A DNA stretch of 62,916 nt, the filler included, from Reticulomyxa filosa (Eukaryota; Protista; Foraminifera): the NCBI GenBank assembly GCA_000512085.1. It is 16 parts of 16 records of this genome, joined end to end, with 100 filler letters (N's around TTAATTAATTAA, not from the genome) between each part and the next. Parts side by side here need not be neighbours in the genome. Positions count along the whole stretch, not along the records: positions 9,624 to 23,078 come from ASPP01009361.1; positions 23,179 to 26,363 come from ASPP01012904.1; 14 more parts are not named here. The stretch is one strand, 5' to 3'. Shown piece after piece: positions 11,618 through 24,689 of this stretch. The notes beneath the pieces were generated by a model. It did not search any database and was not told where the DNA came from. It saw only the letters and a list, made by a program, of their open reading frames with translations. How positions within the stretch are numbered: the stretch's first letter is position 1; the number at the start of each line of letters is the position of its first letter. Both the position numbers and the translations under genes were made by a program.

Positions 11618-14229
11618 ATGGGAAATCAAGAAACAGCACTCTTTGAAAATTTAGAACCTTTACCTTTTCCACTTGGACATTGCCAATGTGTGATCCATAA
11701 GCATGAAATCCTTATTTGTGGAGGACATACTAGAGCAGCATGTCTCTCCTACAATACACAAAAAAATCAATACAAACGTATCTGTAATTATCCAGTTCGT
11801 ATTGCAAATGACAGTCATTGTGTAGTAAAGCGAGTCAACAGCAATAATCCGGATGATATTACTTTGCTGTCTTTTGGTGGAAACAAGTTTAGTGGAAGGC
11901 ACACTTTAATGATGAAGTATGTGAGTGTTTGGGATAACCTTAAAAAAGCTGATCAATGTTTCAATGAATGGACGCATCTTACTGATAATCAAGGAAAGCC
12001 CATTTTCTTTGGCGAAGAAAGAGATAACTATTCTGGAGCACGGGCAGTAGTTGGTGGAGCTAATAATAATTTATTGTTTGTTACATATTATCCAAAGAGT
12101 ATTGAGGTATTTGATTTTGACACTTTTCAATTGATTCATTTCGCGTATTTACCAACTAATTACAATTTTAGTATACATTACCATTGTTTTGTGTTGAGAA
12201 CGATGGATGACCTTGCAGCAATGGAAAGAACGAAAATAAAAAAATAACGAAATGATACTATTTTGCGAATATAGCGGATTATCAATTAAATATGATGAAG
12301 AAAGTAACACGTTTAATTATCGTCCTTTACAAGTTTGTACGGCAATTCGACCATTCAAACATTATGCATGTGTGTATATCAATGATGTTATTTTGTTTTT
12401 TGGTGGATTAAGTCAGCATCTTCGCCCGAACAATTTTGCAATAAATGATATATTTAGGTATTCTATTCGAGAAGATAGATGGACCAAATTTGAACGTACT
12501 TTGCCTCTGGCATTGTGTGATTGTGTTGGAATACTAAATGAAGACAATAAGTCTGTTCATATCATTGGTGGTTCTGATGTGGACAAAGGTATCGTATTAG
12601 CACATATGAAAACCAATGTACAAGAATGGATGAAAGGAGAAACAGAAAAAGAGAAACAATGGGCTGTGGAAGAAGAAGAAATCAGAGAGCTGGAAGAAAT
12701 GAAAAACAATTTGCAGATTGGCAGATTAGAAAAAGTTAGCTTTTCTTACCAATTTTTTTTACTGCAAATATTGTAGAAATTGAATTACACTTAACAAATG
12801 TGCTCTGTAAAAAAAAAAAAACGAACAGAAACAAGAGACAATCAAAATGGTAGTTGAACATTGGTTTCGTTCCTCTCTTGTCAATATGATATGGATTGAT
12901 GATCTTACCAAAATTGTGTCACTATATGTCATGGTATATTTTGTTGATTATTTATGCTTCTTTATTATATGTGCACAATCGAACACAAAAAAAAAGATTT
13001 CCCCCAAAATGAACACATACAAACATTAATTTTATTAATGAAAAATTAAATTTTTTTGAAACAATGTCTCCACACCCAGCGAATCCAAAAATCTATTTGG
13101 TTTTTTAATAAAACGTAGAAAACATGAAAAACTGTACCTTCATTTTTTGAATATTTTACAAAAATTACAAATTCGTTCAGGTATTAAAAGTTAATTTTTT
13201 TTTTTGTTTTTTTCTAAATTATTTTTAAAAAGTTCAAAGAAAATGTTGATTTTTCGTAAATAAAATTGCTAATATTTGTATGTGTTCACTTTAGGGTATG
13301 TCTTTTTTTTACAGTCGATTTTACGTATATGTATCACTTCGTCACTCAAAAACTCAATATAGACAAAATATTTCAAACTATCAAAAGAAATTAAAGGCCA
13401 CTTGAAGGGTGTGAACAGTGTAAGATTTTCTCCAGATTGCACTAAAATTGTTTCTTCTTCAAATGATGGAACAGTTCGAATATGGGATGTTGAATCAGGA
13501 AAAGAAGTGCAAACGTTAAAAGGACATTCAGGACCAGTAATTGGTGCACAATTTTCCACACATAATGATATGATTATGTCATTTTCAGAAGATAACACCA
13601 TTCGATTATGGAACAAAACATGGAAGACAGAAAAAATATTAGTAGGACACTCAAAAACTGTAACAAATGCACAATTTTCATGGGATAATCAAATGATTGT
13701 TTCAATGTCATTAGATGAAACAATACGGATATGGGATGTAAATTCTGGAAATGAGATAAAAAGGCGTTCAGAAGTAAATAATGCTCGGTTTTCATCAAAT
13801 GGTCTTAGTATTGCAGCAATAACAAAGCACACAATTGTTATATGGAATATACAATTTGGTGAAAGAAAAAAGATTTTAGGCAAATATCTTTGGGATGTGT
13901 CAAGATCACAGCTTTCGCCAGACGGTAAATCTATTGCCATTGATTCAAGTGACGAGCTTCGAATTTGGGATATAGTGTCAAATAAAGAAAAGAAAGTATT
14001 GATATGTCAAAGTAAAATAAGAGACTTTAAATTTTCATCAGACTCTCAAACTATTGTTTCATGTTCAGATGATAAAATTATTCGAATATGGAATGTGAAA
14101 TTTGGAATAGAAATCCAAGCACTGCAAAGAAATCTTAATGGTGTTACAAGTGTAGATATTGCGCCGAATGGCAATTTTATTGTGTCATCATCAGATGATG
14201 GGACAATTTGTCTGTGGGAACAGTTGTAA
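11618..14229 (+). CDS. Kelch-like propeller + 'HW..W..D' helical module + WD40 fusion; exons 11618..12734 (frameshift in the A-run at ~12238-12245), 12829..12933, 13363..14229
   Basis: The Kelch-like ORFs 11618-12247 and 12252-12776 join if one A is added. Phase-0 GT-AG introns at 12735-12828 and 12934-13362 put KQETIKMVVEHWFRSSLVNMIWIDDLTKIVSLYVM and TKYFKLSKEIKGHLKG.. (WD40) in frame. Confidence 0.75.
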
Positions 14230-14844
14230 AGAACACAAACTAAGTTTCAAAAAAAAATGTTGATAAGATTAATTAAACAAAACTATTTTTTTATTTGTTG
14301 CATTTTTTGAATTTTGTTACAAGAGATAAGTGTTCGACACTTTCATGTTCACAATTCAGACACGGCTAATATGCTGAAAATTTTCTTGTAACATTGCCAC
14401 CAAATAATTCGAAATGCCCGTTGCCAAATGTTATGAATTTGGAAACGACTAGATTGAAGCTGTTGTTCGAGATACACTTGCTATTGAAATTGGAGTTTAA
14501 CTGGAAACGAAAACTGAATTTAGCATGCACTACAAAAAAGTGTGGTGTGTTAGTTGTTGACATAACGAAATAAGGAATAGTGTCAATTTTTGTAAGACGA
14601 TCAAATGATCATCAGGTAACTACTCAAAGAATTTACAAAATACCCATCCGTCACATGAGCGATCAAAAATACCGCACAACTTATTTTTAACAATTTTAAA
14701 AAAAAGAAAAAGTTAGAAAGAATTTGTTAATCAATTTCAATTAACTAAACGATGATGAAAGAATTGTTATGCAAACTTTTAACTAAGAAAACAAAACTAT
14801 CCTTTCCTTGAAATCTTTTACTGAAAGTTTCTCACAATCAATAC

Positions 14845-16723
14845 TTAATAGTGAGTTTTTCTGTAACTAAATAAGGAATGTACATTTCCTTCTTTTTGCG
14901 CCGCTTGCGTGCGTACTTCAAATCGGATTTCACCGTTTTCACGTAAGCGTTTTACATCATCAAATTTTTGAATACCCAAATCTTGAAAGCCATGTCTAAC
15001 CCCTTGGATAATATATGGAATAAACTTGCGAATCGAGCCACGATCAACGACAGTCCCACTAACTCCTTGAGCTACACGAATCTTGCCTCTCTCCGTAAAG
15101 TAACGATCGTCACTTCCTTTTTTCATTGCTTCCAAACTGCCCATTCCGCGATATGTCTTTAATTTTATTCCGTCTTGATACACATACTCTCCAGGGGACT
15201 CTTCGCATCCTGCCAAAAGTGATCCCATCATCGCAGTGGAGGCACCTTGAAGAACAAGAAAAAAAAAGTAAACGGAGTGTGGCATATTTTTAATACCCAG
15301 TGCATACATATTTACAATATATATGCAATATGTGTCATAAGATAAGCAGCCCTTGCTAAAAAAAAACAAAAAACAAGACCCAACCTAAGACAAGAGCGCG
15401 GACAATGTGGCCACTACTCTGAATACCCCCATCAGCGCAAATAGGAATGGCATAGCGTGAAGCAAACTTGGCAACATGATAGACAGCCGAGGCTTGGGGA
15501 CGACCACAAGCGGTGACCTCTTGCGTGGTGCAGATGCTCCCACTTCCCATACCAACACGTATCCCATCCACGCCCGCTTCAATCAAGTGCTTCGCTTGCG
15601 TAGTCGTTACCACATTGCCGCCAACCACATCCAACTTGGGGTACGTTTTTTTGATATACTTTATCATATCAATCTGATAGATCGAGTCTCCTTGACTCGA
15701 ATCAATTACAATGACATCTACACCAGCTAAAAAATAAATAAATAAATTTATATTTGTATTTATATACGTATATAATGACGAAAACAAAATAAAGTGTTTT
15801 TCGCTCTTTGTGTTATACGTCATTACAACGAACATACGTATAAAAAAAGAAAAACCTTCAACTAAAGCGTGTAGTCTACTCTTATCATTTTCTCGGGTTC
15901 CGATGGCGGCGCCTACTCTCAATCGTTTCTTGTTATCTCTTGTGGCCAGAGGGAAATCGCGATTTTTGAGCAAGTCGGTTCGGCTCATTAATCCTGTCAA
16001 TTGCTGTTTTTGGTTGACAATGGGCAATTTGCCTTTTTTACTCGTAATCAAAATCTGATGACATTCTTCGATGCTTTGTGTGTCTTTGGCGACGACCAAG
16101 TCTTTCCGTGGGGTCATGATATCTTTCAACGGAGTACGTCGGTCCGCAGTAAAGTGAATGTCACGATTTGTCACAATGCCGAGCAACACACTTTCCATTT
16201 GCCCATTCTCTGTGATCGGAACACCACTGAACCCAAAGCGCTGATATATCGCATCAATATCGGCTACTGTCGAATTGGGCTTCAATACCATTGGAGATGT
16301 TATAAATCCGTTTTCATAGCGTTTCACCAATTTTACCTATTTAAAAAAAAAAAAAAATCATGAAAGGGTTTTTTTTAATTGTTTACTCGTTTCCTCTTTT
16401 CTCCTCCTCCAAACTTCGTGTGCTTGCTCTTCAGGTTTCATGTTGTAATGGATTATCCCGAGTCCCCCTTGCAATGCCATTTGAATGGCCATGCCGTGCT
16501 CGGTGACAGTGTCCATTGGAGACGATACCAACGGTACTTCGAGCGAAACATTTCTTGAAAATTTCGACTTCAGTGATACCTCGTCCGTTGAAAATCCTAT
16601 GTGTCCTGGCAACAGGATCAAGTCGTCGTAAGTATAGCCATGCCTATTCTCAAATAATTCCTTTGCGCTCAGACCGTCGCGAAGATCTTGTTTGGATGAT
16701 TCGTCTTTCTTTTCATTATCCAT
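14845..16723 (-). CDS. IMPDH: Inosine-5'-monophosphate dehydrogenase with CBS pair; exons 16723-16415, 16336-15856, 15726-15385, 15245-14845
   Basis: Motifs [24 protein letters not shown], the catalytic loop [21 protein letters not shown] and VAQGVSG. All three introns are GT-AG and in phase. Confidence 0.97.
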
Positions 16724-16995
16724 GTTCCTTGTGAACAAGCCTCCTTTTTACGAGTAGTTTCAAAAAAGTCCTTGACATAAGCTTTTTGTCAACGCTAAAC
16801 TTTTTTTTTTTGTAAACAGTTTTATTGACGCTGCTTTCTGAAGAAGCCAATTTCAAAAATTAAACGCACACTAAAATTCCAGACAGTTAGTGAGTAAAAG
16901 AAATATTGAAAAAAATATATTTAAAAAAAAATGAAAATGAAAAAACTAAGTTATGAAAGATATTAGACAATGAAAATCAAGTTTGTAATGTAATT

Positions 16996-17812
16996 TTATG
17001 GATGGACTTGAGAAATTCTACAATCATCCATTTCAACATATAAATTCTGAACATCCCATCCATATTTTTGGAGCAAGGTTGTCCACGTCTCGGCATGTTG
17101 TTTTGCAAACGCAGTGGACTCTTTGAGAGAGAAAGAAGAGAGCGAAGTACCTTGAGCAAGATAGCGCAAATGATTGGAGGCCAAGACACCTTCCAAGATA
17201 TCATTGCTAGTGGCATCAGTATGAAACCATAAATAAACGGAGAAGCCATTTGCAACAATAAAATAGCGTTGAGGCGTGTCCGACAAAGGATGAGTAACTT
17301 GTTGAGTGAGTTCAGCAATGACACGATGTTGATCCACAACATGTTTCAAATTACAGTTGACAATTAATTGAGTGCCTTTCCAAAGTGTTTCGTCTTTCCA
17401 AATAATCGATTCATTGGAGATCAATTGCTTTGGAGTGCTCAACCGCAGTTTGTCAATGCCCGTCGTCCCGCCACTGCCGTCAACAGGCGAAGACAGCAGC
17501 TGCTGAAGGAACTCAAACGCCAAATTTTCAGACCGCGTCAAATTGATCAAAGAGTCGTAGATATATTGCAAGGAAGAATAGACGCACCACAAATGTAACA
17601 ACGAAAGACCCAAAGTGGCAGGCAAAATTGCCATCGTCGAAGTGCCCGTTACTAACGAGAGCATCACGCCAAGGCTCGTTCCAAATAAGCTACTGCCGAT
17701 TGCTTGCGACACCTCTTTGCCAGTCACGTCGGCCAAGTTCTCATGTGCACACATATATTTATTGATATGCGCTTTACTTGCCGACGTCGACAACCAGCAC
17801 AAGTTCTTCGCT

Positions 17813-17845
<33 letters not shown>

Positions 17846-18721
17846 TATATATATACATATTTGACTTTTTTTTTTTTAAGTGGTCGGTATAACTTTTTTT
17901 AAAAAAAAGAGTTAAGCTATGTTTGAAACCTGCATTTGCACTACTTGCTAATAACAAAAAGAAAAACGGCGAGTGTAACAGTGGTGTGATGACCTCAGCG
18001 AAAATGGCCAATTCCATGAAAATGGCAGCACGGAATCTCCATTTGCGCACATGTGCATCAAATCTCTGACTGATACGACTGGCCGCATACATGGCCATCA
18101 GCTGCCCCATTCCATCTTTCAATACCCAGTTTATGGTCGCTCCCAATCCTATGCTGGCTGATACACTCATGCCTAATGCATACAACAGACTTTGTGTGGC
18201 TAACACGCCACTTACCGATCCAATGATTATGCCCATGTTCGTGTACAACGTATATGGCAAATAATTCTTTGTCACTGATTGTGGAAACCCGTGGGGCAAA
18301 TAATATCCAGCCTTTGTTTTTGGTATTATATTATCTTTTTAACTTTTTTTTTTTGTTTTTTTTTTTTTTTTTTTTTGTAATTTTCCCACACGGGGAAGGA
18401 AAAATCTTTTTTGCGTATACGTTTATGTACATTTTGTTAAACTAATTTTCGAAAAAGTCTTGACTGACGAAGGAATTTTGGAAAGCTCACTTGCTCCAAC
18501 ATTTGCCTCAAATCGGTCGTGTCGTCGATAATGATTGGATTTGCTTTCGTTTTATTACTTGGCTTTCCTTCCTTATCGAATTGATATACTCGCTTTTCGC
18601 CGTTGTTGTTTTGACACAAAGAAACCTGCGAGTCTGACGTTCTGCGGCGAGAAAAGGTTAATGGTGTCAACGCATGTGAGAGAGACGGTCGCAAGCATTG
18701 GGACAATCTTGTCCGTTTCAA
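16996..18721 (-). CDS. RUS1 / DUF647 (root UVB sensitive, C16orf58-like) family protein; exons ~18721-18491, 18311-17930, 17810-16996; start uncertain
   Basis: LPHGFPQSV..YLPY, VLATQSLLYALG, INWVLKDGMGQ, FDAHVRKWRF and NLADVTGKEVSQ are RUS1-family motifs. No in-frame ATG was found upstream of exon 1. Confidence 0.85.
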
Positions 18722-19454
18722 ACGTAAAATAGTGGCCAGCTTTTGTTCAAGTGACGTAAAATGTCTTTATATAATGAAGATTCTCTTGGGATGCTCCTTC
18801 AAGTTTCGGCCCGTCTACGTTCAACTTGATATTTAATTAGTTTATTTCAAACTTTGTGGACTATCATTTTCTTTAAATTTCATGACTGACATTCTTATTG
18901 ATTATTCATTGATTTTTTTATAAATCCAAGGATAACAATACTAAAAAAGTTTCCGTTTTTTTAGAGTGATTGCTAACAGGATCCCAAACCAAAGGGGCAT
19001 TGTCCAATCGCAAAAAAGAAAATAAATTGAAAATGTTGTTAAAAAGAACAAATAATGACATCAAATTGAACACTTTTCCTTTCTTTCTTAAAATTAACAC
19101 AGTACTAAAGATTAATAAAAAAATTTGTTAATTCTAAAACAATATCTAAATGCAGCGATGAATTTGTTCCAACCGGCTACAAATAGATTGCTACTCAAAA
19201 ATACTTTATTACTTTTAGTTTTACTATTTAGTTGAATAATAGATTTGTGCTTTACAATTTTTTGTAACAATTTTTCTACTCGAATTGATTTTGCATTAAT
19301 ATTTTTATTCGTCTTGTTCTCACAAACCAAAAAACTTAACGTGAACTTCGTCGTAAGTGTCACATTTTTTTTCTTCTTCACTTTGCGTATTATTTTTGTT
19401 TATTTTTGCATTCTTTGTAACTTTTATTACTAAAACAAAAGAAAATGTTTGAAT

Positions 19455-20125
19455 ATAAAGTGTCAACCGCATGTATCATTGACAACTGAAGTGGAATGGG
19501 ATTTGCTGGAGATGACGCCACTAGCTGTCTTCCTACCAATTGTTGGACGACCAAGACACCAAGATGTGATTGTCGGGTGGGCCAAAAAGATGCTTGTATT
19601 GGTGATGAAGCACAAGCCAAAAGATGTATTTTGTTCATCAGTTATCATGTTGATCAAGGAATTGTGAATAATTTGGATAACAGTAAAATTTGGCCCATAC
19701 GTTCTACAAGTTAATTGGCGTGCATTAGCTTTAAAAAAATGTGAAATTTCTTAACATTGTCAATATATGTTTTTTGTTTTAAATTGTGTTTAGTGAGTTG
19801 CGAATTGCCACTTATGAACATTGAACGTTGTTGACTGATGCCCATTCACAAAAGTCAACAGAAAAAAAAATGACAAAAATCATGTTTGTGACATTCAATA
19901 CATAAATATTTCATGTTGACATTCAAGCTTTGTTGTCGTTTTATGCAAGTGGACGAACTACAGGTATTGTGTGAGACATTGATGGAATTACCCAAACAGT
20001 CCTAATCTACGAAGAATATCGATTGTACAACGTAATCTTACGATTTGACTTGCTTGACGATATTTGACTAAATACTTGCAAAAAATCTTGGCAGAAAGAT
20101 TATATTCTTTCACAATTACAAGCGA
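19455..20125 (+). pseudogene. Actin pseudogene (N-terminal ~200 codons)
   Basis: Frame-jumping translation gives DN*SGM-GFAGDDA..AVFLPIVGRPRHQDV..GQKDACIGDEAQAKRCIL..GIVNNLD..KIW..TFYK*L..LLTDAH..KMTKIMFVTFN..IQALLSFYASGRTTGIV*D..TQTVLIYE..ILRFDL..YLQKILAERLYSFT. Multiple stops and frameshifts. Confidence 0.9.
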
Positions 20126-20919
20126 TAATGAATTTTGTAATACATCAAGTAAAAATTGTCATATGTTGATTTATACTTGATGATAAATTGAATAAAGGTT
20201 ATATACACAACGAATTTTTTTAATCTTTTTTTTATGTGAAAATTTGATTTATTGATTAACAGCAAACTCAATAAAAAAAAGTGATGCTGAAAAATATAGT
20301 AAGAAAAGTGAAGTGTGCAAAAATAAAAATAATGATAAACTGTTGATAAATTGAATATATACTTGCTACTGTTCATGTTCAGTTTAGTATATATTGTTTT
20401 TCTTTTTTTCAAATTATATGCCTTTTGACTGCAACTTTTGTATCACAAATAATTTTTTATCAATATACAATGTGTTATAATATTGTTTTTAGTCTTGATT
20501 TTTTTTAGCATAATGATTATTTTAAAAATTTTATTTAATGAATCTAAAACAAAAGTTTTTTAAATTAGCGAAAGATTAAATAAATTTATTTGTATTTATT
20601 TATTGTTTGAATAAAATAAATAATGAACTTTTCATAAAAATGACAATAATTTTTGAAAAGTTTACAAAATTTATAGCTTTGAGCAGCAAATAAAACATGT
20701 TTATTTGTTCTGATCGTACGAACATATTTATTAAAAAAAGTTTTTTTGTTAATTTAAAAGATTTGCTCAATTGAATTGCTCGAGAAATAGTAACAATAAT
20801 TTTGTGTGTTTTTCAAAGTATGAAATATATAAAACATAATTAAAGATTATAACTTTTGACAACTTAGTGATTAAAGTCATAAATCAAGTAATGATTGTTA
20901 GTATGACTATTGTCATTAT

Positions 20920-21480
20920 TCAAGACTCGTTCATATCCAAGGCACGTTCAGAAGGCAGAGACTGGATATGTGGATGCGGTGGTGAAGTCCTAACAGATTG
21001 CGGAGACTGTTGTGATCTATGATTATTTCCGCCAAGATTGTCATGAACTCCCAACGTATGCAATTGTGACAGTGGCAATTTATGTCTATTATTGACAGTA
21101 TCGACATGATCGTGTCGTGAGTCTTCCGTGCTGCTTTCTTCAATAGTATGTGCTGATGACAGCTTTTGATCTGCGTTCGTCGACGCAGCGACGGCAGTAT
21201 CAGTGGTGATATCGAGCCCCTCGACGGAGACATGAACGACATTGACTTGCACTTGCAGGTCCAATTTCTCCTGCTTTTTGAGTTCGTTGAGTCGAAACTC
21301 GTCGCGCTTTTGCTTGAGTCTGCCGTCCTCTGCCAGACATTGACGCACCTGTAACAGCAATAGACGGCCAGACAGCACGCATTTGTATTATTATCTCTTT
21401 TCTGTTCGTGCTTACCGTCACCTGCTTGCAACAAAGCAATACTCTTTATACATATACATAAATGTATATGTATATGCTCA
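20920..21480 (-). CDS. Hypothetical protein fragment or terminal exon
   Basis: GC-richer island with a 152-codon ORF, preceded by a gtgagc donor and a TA-repeat intron. No recognisable family. Confidence 0.35.
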
Positions 21481-22355
21481 CCTTGCTGTAATCTTTAAAG
21501 CTTTGCTTGATAAGATACACAATTGTTTTTTTAAAGTTACTTTGTCGAACGTACATATCATACAAAATTAATTTTCCCCATTTATAGCATCATATATACT
21601 ATTGCTATGTGTTTTACATTTTTTTAAATACAAACGTTTTTAAAAATTTAAAACAAAAATTAATAATATAAAATAATTATCTTGAGTAAAATGATTTTCA
21701 TCATTATATTTGCTTGAGTCTGGCATGAATTCCTTTATTGGTTCTTCGAATCAACATTTCTTTAGTTTAGTTGCTTTATTATGTAGACGAAATTGTCGCT
21801 ATTTCGCTTGGTATTGTCGTAAATTCGTTATGTAAGTTGCTGTCTTGCAAATGTAATATGAATTTAGAGCTATTTGTCATTTCATCTGTTTGGTTTGCTG
21901 GTTATCAATGATGAAAGTGATGTTTGTCATTTTGTCAGTTTCCTATATAAACGAAACTTCTTCTGAGCATTGTGGCATGAAAAGCTGGATTTTTCTTTAT
22001 ATGTAGAACTGTATTTGCTGTCAAGTATTTGTCTTCAATGTTCACATTTTAATTATATCTTATATCTTTTTTGAGAAAACCCCATTAATACGAGTAAGCT
22101 GTCGAAATGAAAGAAAAAACGAAGATGAAACATGAATGAAAAAAAAGATTATGCAAAAGTGGGTGTCGAAGATGATAGATCGTTGATAAACAATAAAAGC
22201 TTTGATTTTTGTTTTTTCTGTCATTTCTTTTATTCATCTTAATATCAGTACAAATGCAACCAAATTGAAGAAGAAGGACAGCAAAATTTTGAATTTGTAT
22301 GCATTTATTTATTATTCAAAAAAGAAACATTTGAAAGCTTCAGCTCTCAGACGTG

Positions 22356-22992
22356 TCATCCATCAACCAGTTCGATATCTCCTTCATATTCAGCAGTATA
22401 TTGACCTCCACTGACCCCATCCTAAAATTTGATTTTTAGAAATGAAGTTCGCATTTTGATACATACACATATAAATATAAGTATATATATATATATGTGT
22501 ATATATGCATATATATTTATTTATATACACGTTTTATTGTTTTTTTTTTTTTTTTTAAAAAAAATTTCAAACTTCATCAAAGTATTGTTTCAAATTGTCG
22601 CGTTCTCGAGGAGACAAGCTATCTTCATCCCATTCCGAGTAGTAATCGGATCCACCTCTTTCACTTTGCCGTTGCTTTCGGCGCTCCTTGCGCATTTGCT
22701 CACGTTCACGGCGATGCTTTTCTCCGTCGTAGGCGTGGGACCCTGGTGTTTCACCGGAATCGACCCCGTCGGTGTCTGACTTTTTTCGACTATCTTGGCC
22801 TTTTCCTTTGTCTTGTTTCTTTTTGCCTGTTTTTACATATTTGTTGTGCAAGGCTTTAAACAGCTGTTGCTCTTTCCCTTGCCATTTCGACAAAATACTA
22901 TCGATTTCGTCCACTTTTTCTGGGTTGTACTTTTCGTATAGCTGTCGCAATCGTGCACGGTACCCTGTTTGTTTATGCGGTCTGATTTTCAT
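22356..22992 (-). CDS. Protein with a small 'Y.KYNP.K' helical domain and a charged tail; 3' part, last exon 22421-22356
   Basis: YRARLRQLYEKYNPEKVDEIDSILSKWQGKEQQLFKALHNKY, then an intron with TA repeats, then DGVSGGQYTAEYEGDIELVDG*. Confidence 0.65.
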
Positions 22993-23033
22993 AAATTCTT
23001 TTTTTTGTTTGTTTTTTGGTGTCTCCCCTTCTA

Positions 23034-23071
<38 letters not shown>

Positions 23072-24411
23072 CTTTTTTNNNNNNNNNNNNNNNNNNNNNN
23101 NNNNNNNNNNNNNNNNNNNNNNTTAATTAATTAANNNNNNNNNNNNNNNNNNNNNNNNNNNNNNNNNNNNNNNNNNNNTTTTTTATTATATTTGTTTGTT
23201 TTGCTCTTTTTTTCAGGCATCTTTTTTTCCCCTCCTTTTTTTTTTGGTTTGTTCATTTGTTTGTCCACAGCGTCACTCTTTTTTGAAGTCAATGTTTCTT
23301 TGTTTCCGTTTGGTGTTTGCTCGTTGACCGAGTTTGTCTTTTCTTTTTTGCTGTTCCATCTTCTGTAAATTGTGTGTGTGCGGTTTCTTGGTGCACTTTC
23401 TCTTTGTCCCTCTCAATTCAGTCTTTTTATTCTACTTTTATTTCTTTTTTTTATTGTTTTTTTTTTGTGTGTGTTGATTTCTTTTTTATTGTTGACAAAT
23501 TGCACTGGGTTTTCAAAAATTTTGGGTGTATTTTTGTAAAATTTTTTTACAATCAGGGACAAAGAGCGACTTCACGTTAAATTCTTTCAAATTTTTGTTT
23601 TGTCTTGTTTTGTTTTGTTGTTTTTTGTTTTTTTTTTGGTCGTTTTCAAACTATTTTCTAAAACATGCCTAGACCCTTTGGCACAGTTTCAATGTCAAAA
23701 TATCTATTCTTTTCATTCTTCTGATAACTTTCAAATTTGTTAAAGTTAATTTAGGAATAAGTTTGTGTCCGTTTTCCTAATGTTGTTTCCTTTGAAATCT
23801 TTTTTGTCTTTGCCAAAATAACCTACTATTATTTCGTATTCTGGGTTTTTGTTTTCCGATATTCAACATCATATGTTCATCTTCGAACAATAAACACTGA
23901 GACTTATTCACCGATCAATAAAATTGCTCTCAAATACAACCACTTCAAAAATTTCATGATTCAACAGGTTTTCGCAATTACATTTGAATGCAAGGTGGAT
24001 GCACTTAATAGTGACAATATGAAATACAAATAAATGTATGAGTGACATTAAATCAATTTAAAAAGAAGAAACAGCTCATTCTTTGAAAAAGCTTCAAAAA
24101 AAAAAAGCAAAAACTGAAAGAATACCAGCGAGTACGTGTAAATAAAATAGCAAGTGTGCCAATAGTTTTTTTTTGGATTCTCCCTTTGAAGTTAATGAAC
24201 AGATAGAATAATGGGGAAGTTGTTTCAATTGTATTTGGTCCGTTGTGACCAAATACAAAAAGAAAATAAGTTAAGACGGCAAAGACAAAGCAAGGAGCTA
24301 GCGCAGTTGGAGCAAGCAATGAAAAAGAGAAGCAGCAAAAAAAATGGGAAAACAGAAACGAGAATGTTACGATTACAACGAATGAATTATTATTAAAAAT
24401 ACTTTCCCCAT

Positions 24412-24658
24412 TTGGAGGCAGGGATAGCCAAGAGTGCTCTCGACCCTTCATTGGTATACACACGGCCAAGAAACCTGGAGAAAAGAAATTGTAGCAAACA
24501 AGTGACAACGAATGAAAAGAAAGAGAAAGAAAATTCGGGACTGGAAAGAGATGACAAAAGTACTGTCGACAATGTTAACATGGCAGACAATGATGTATTG
24601 GAGAGTGAGCAAAAGGAAGAAGAAAAGAAAGAAGTATCATCATCACTACCATCATCGT

Positions 24659-24689
<31 letters not shown>

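Noticed and set aside
21690-22100. Coding-like composition on the minus strand (also ~14350-14600 and ~8600-8900)
   Set aside because: Multiple stops and no motif I could assign. They may be old pseudogene debris but cannot be supported.
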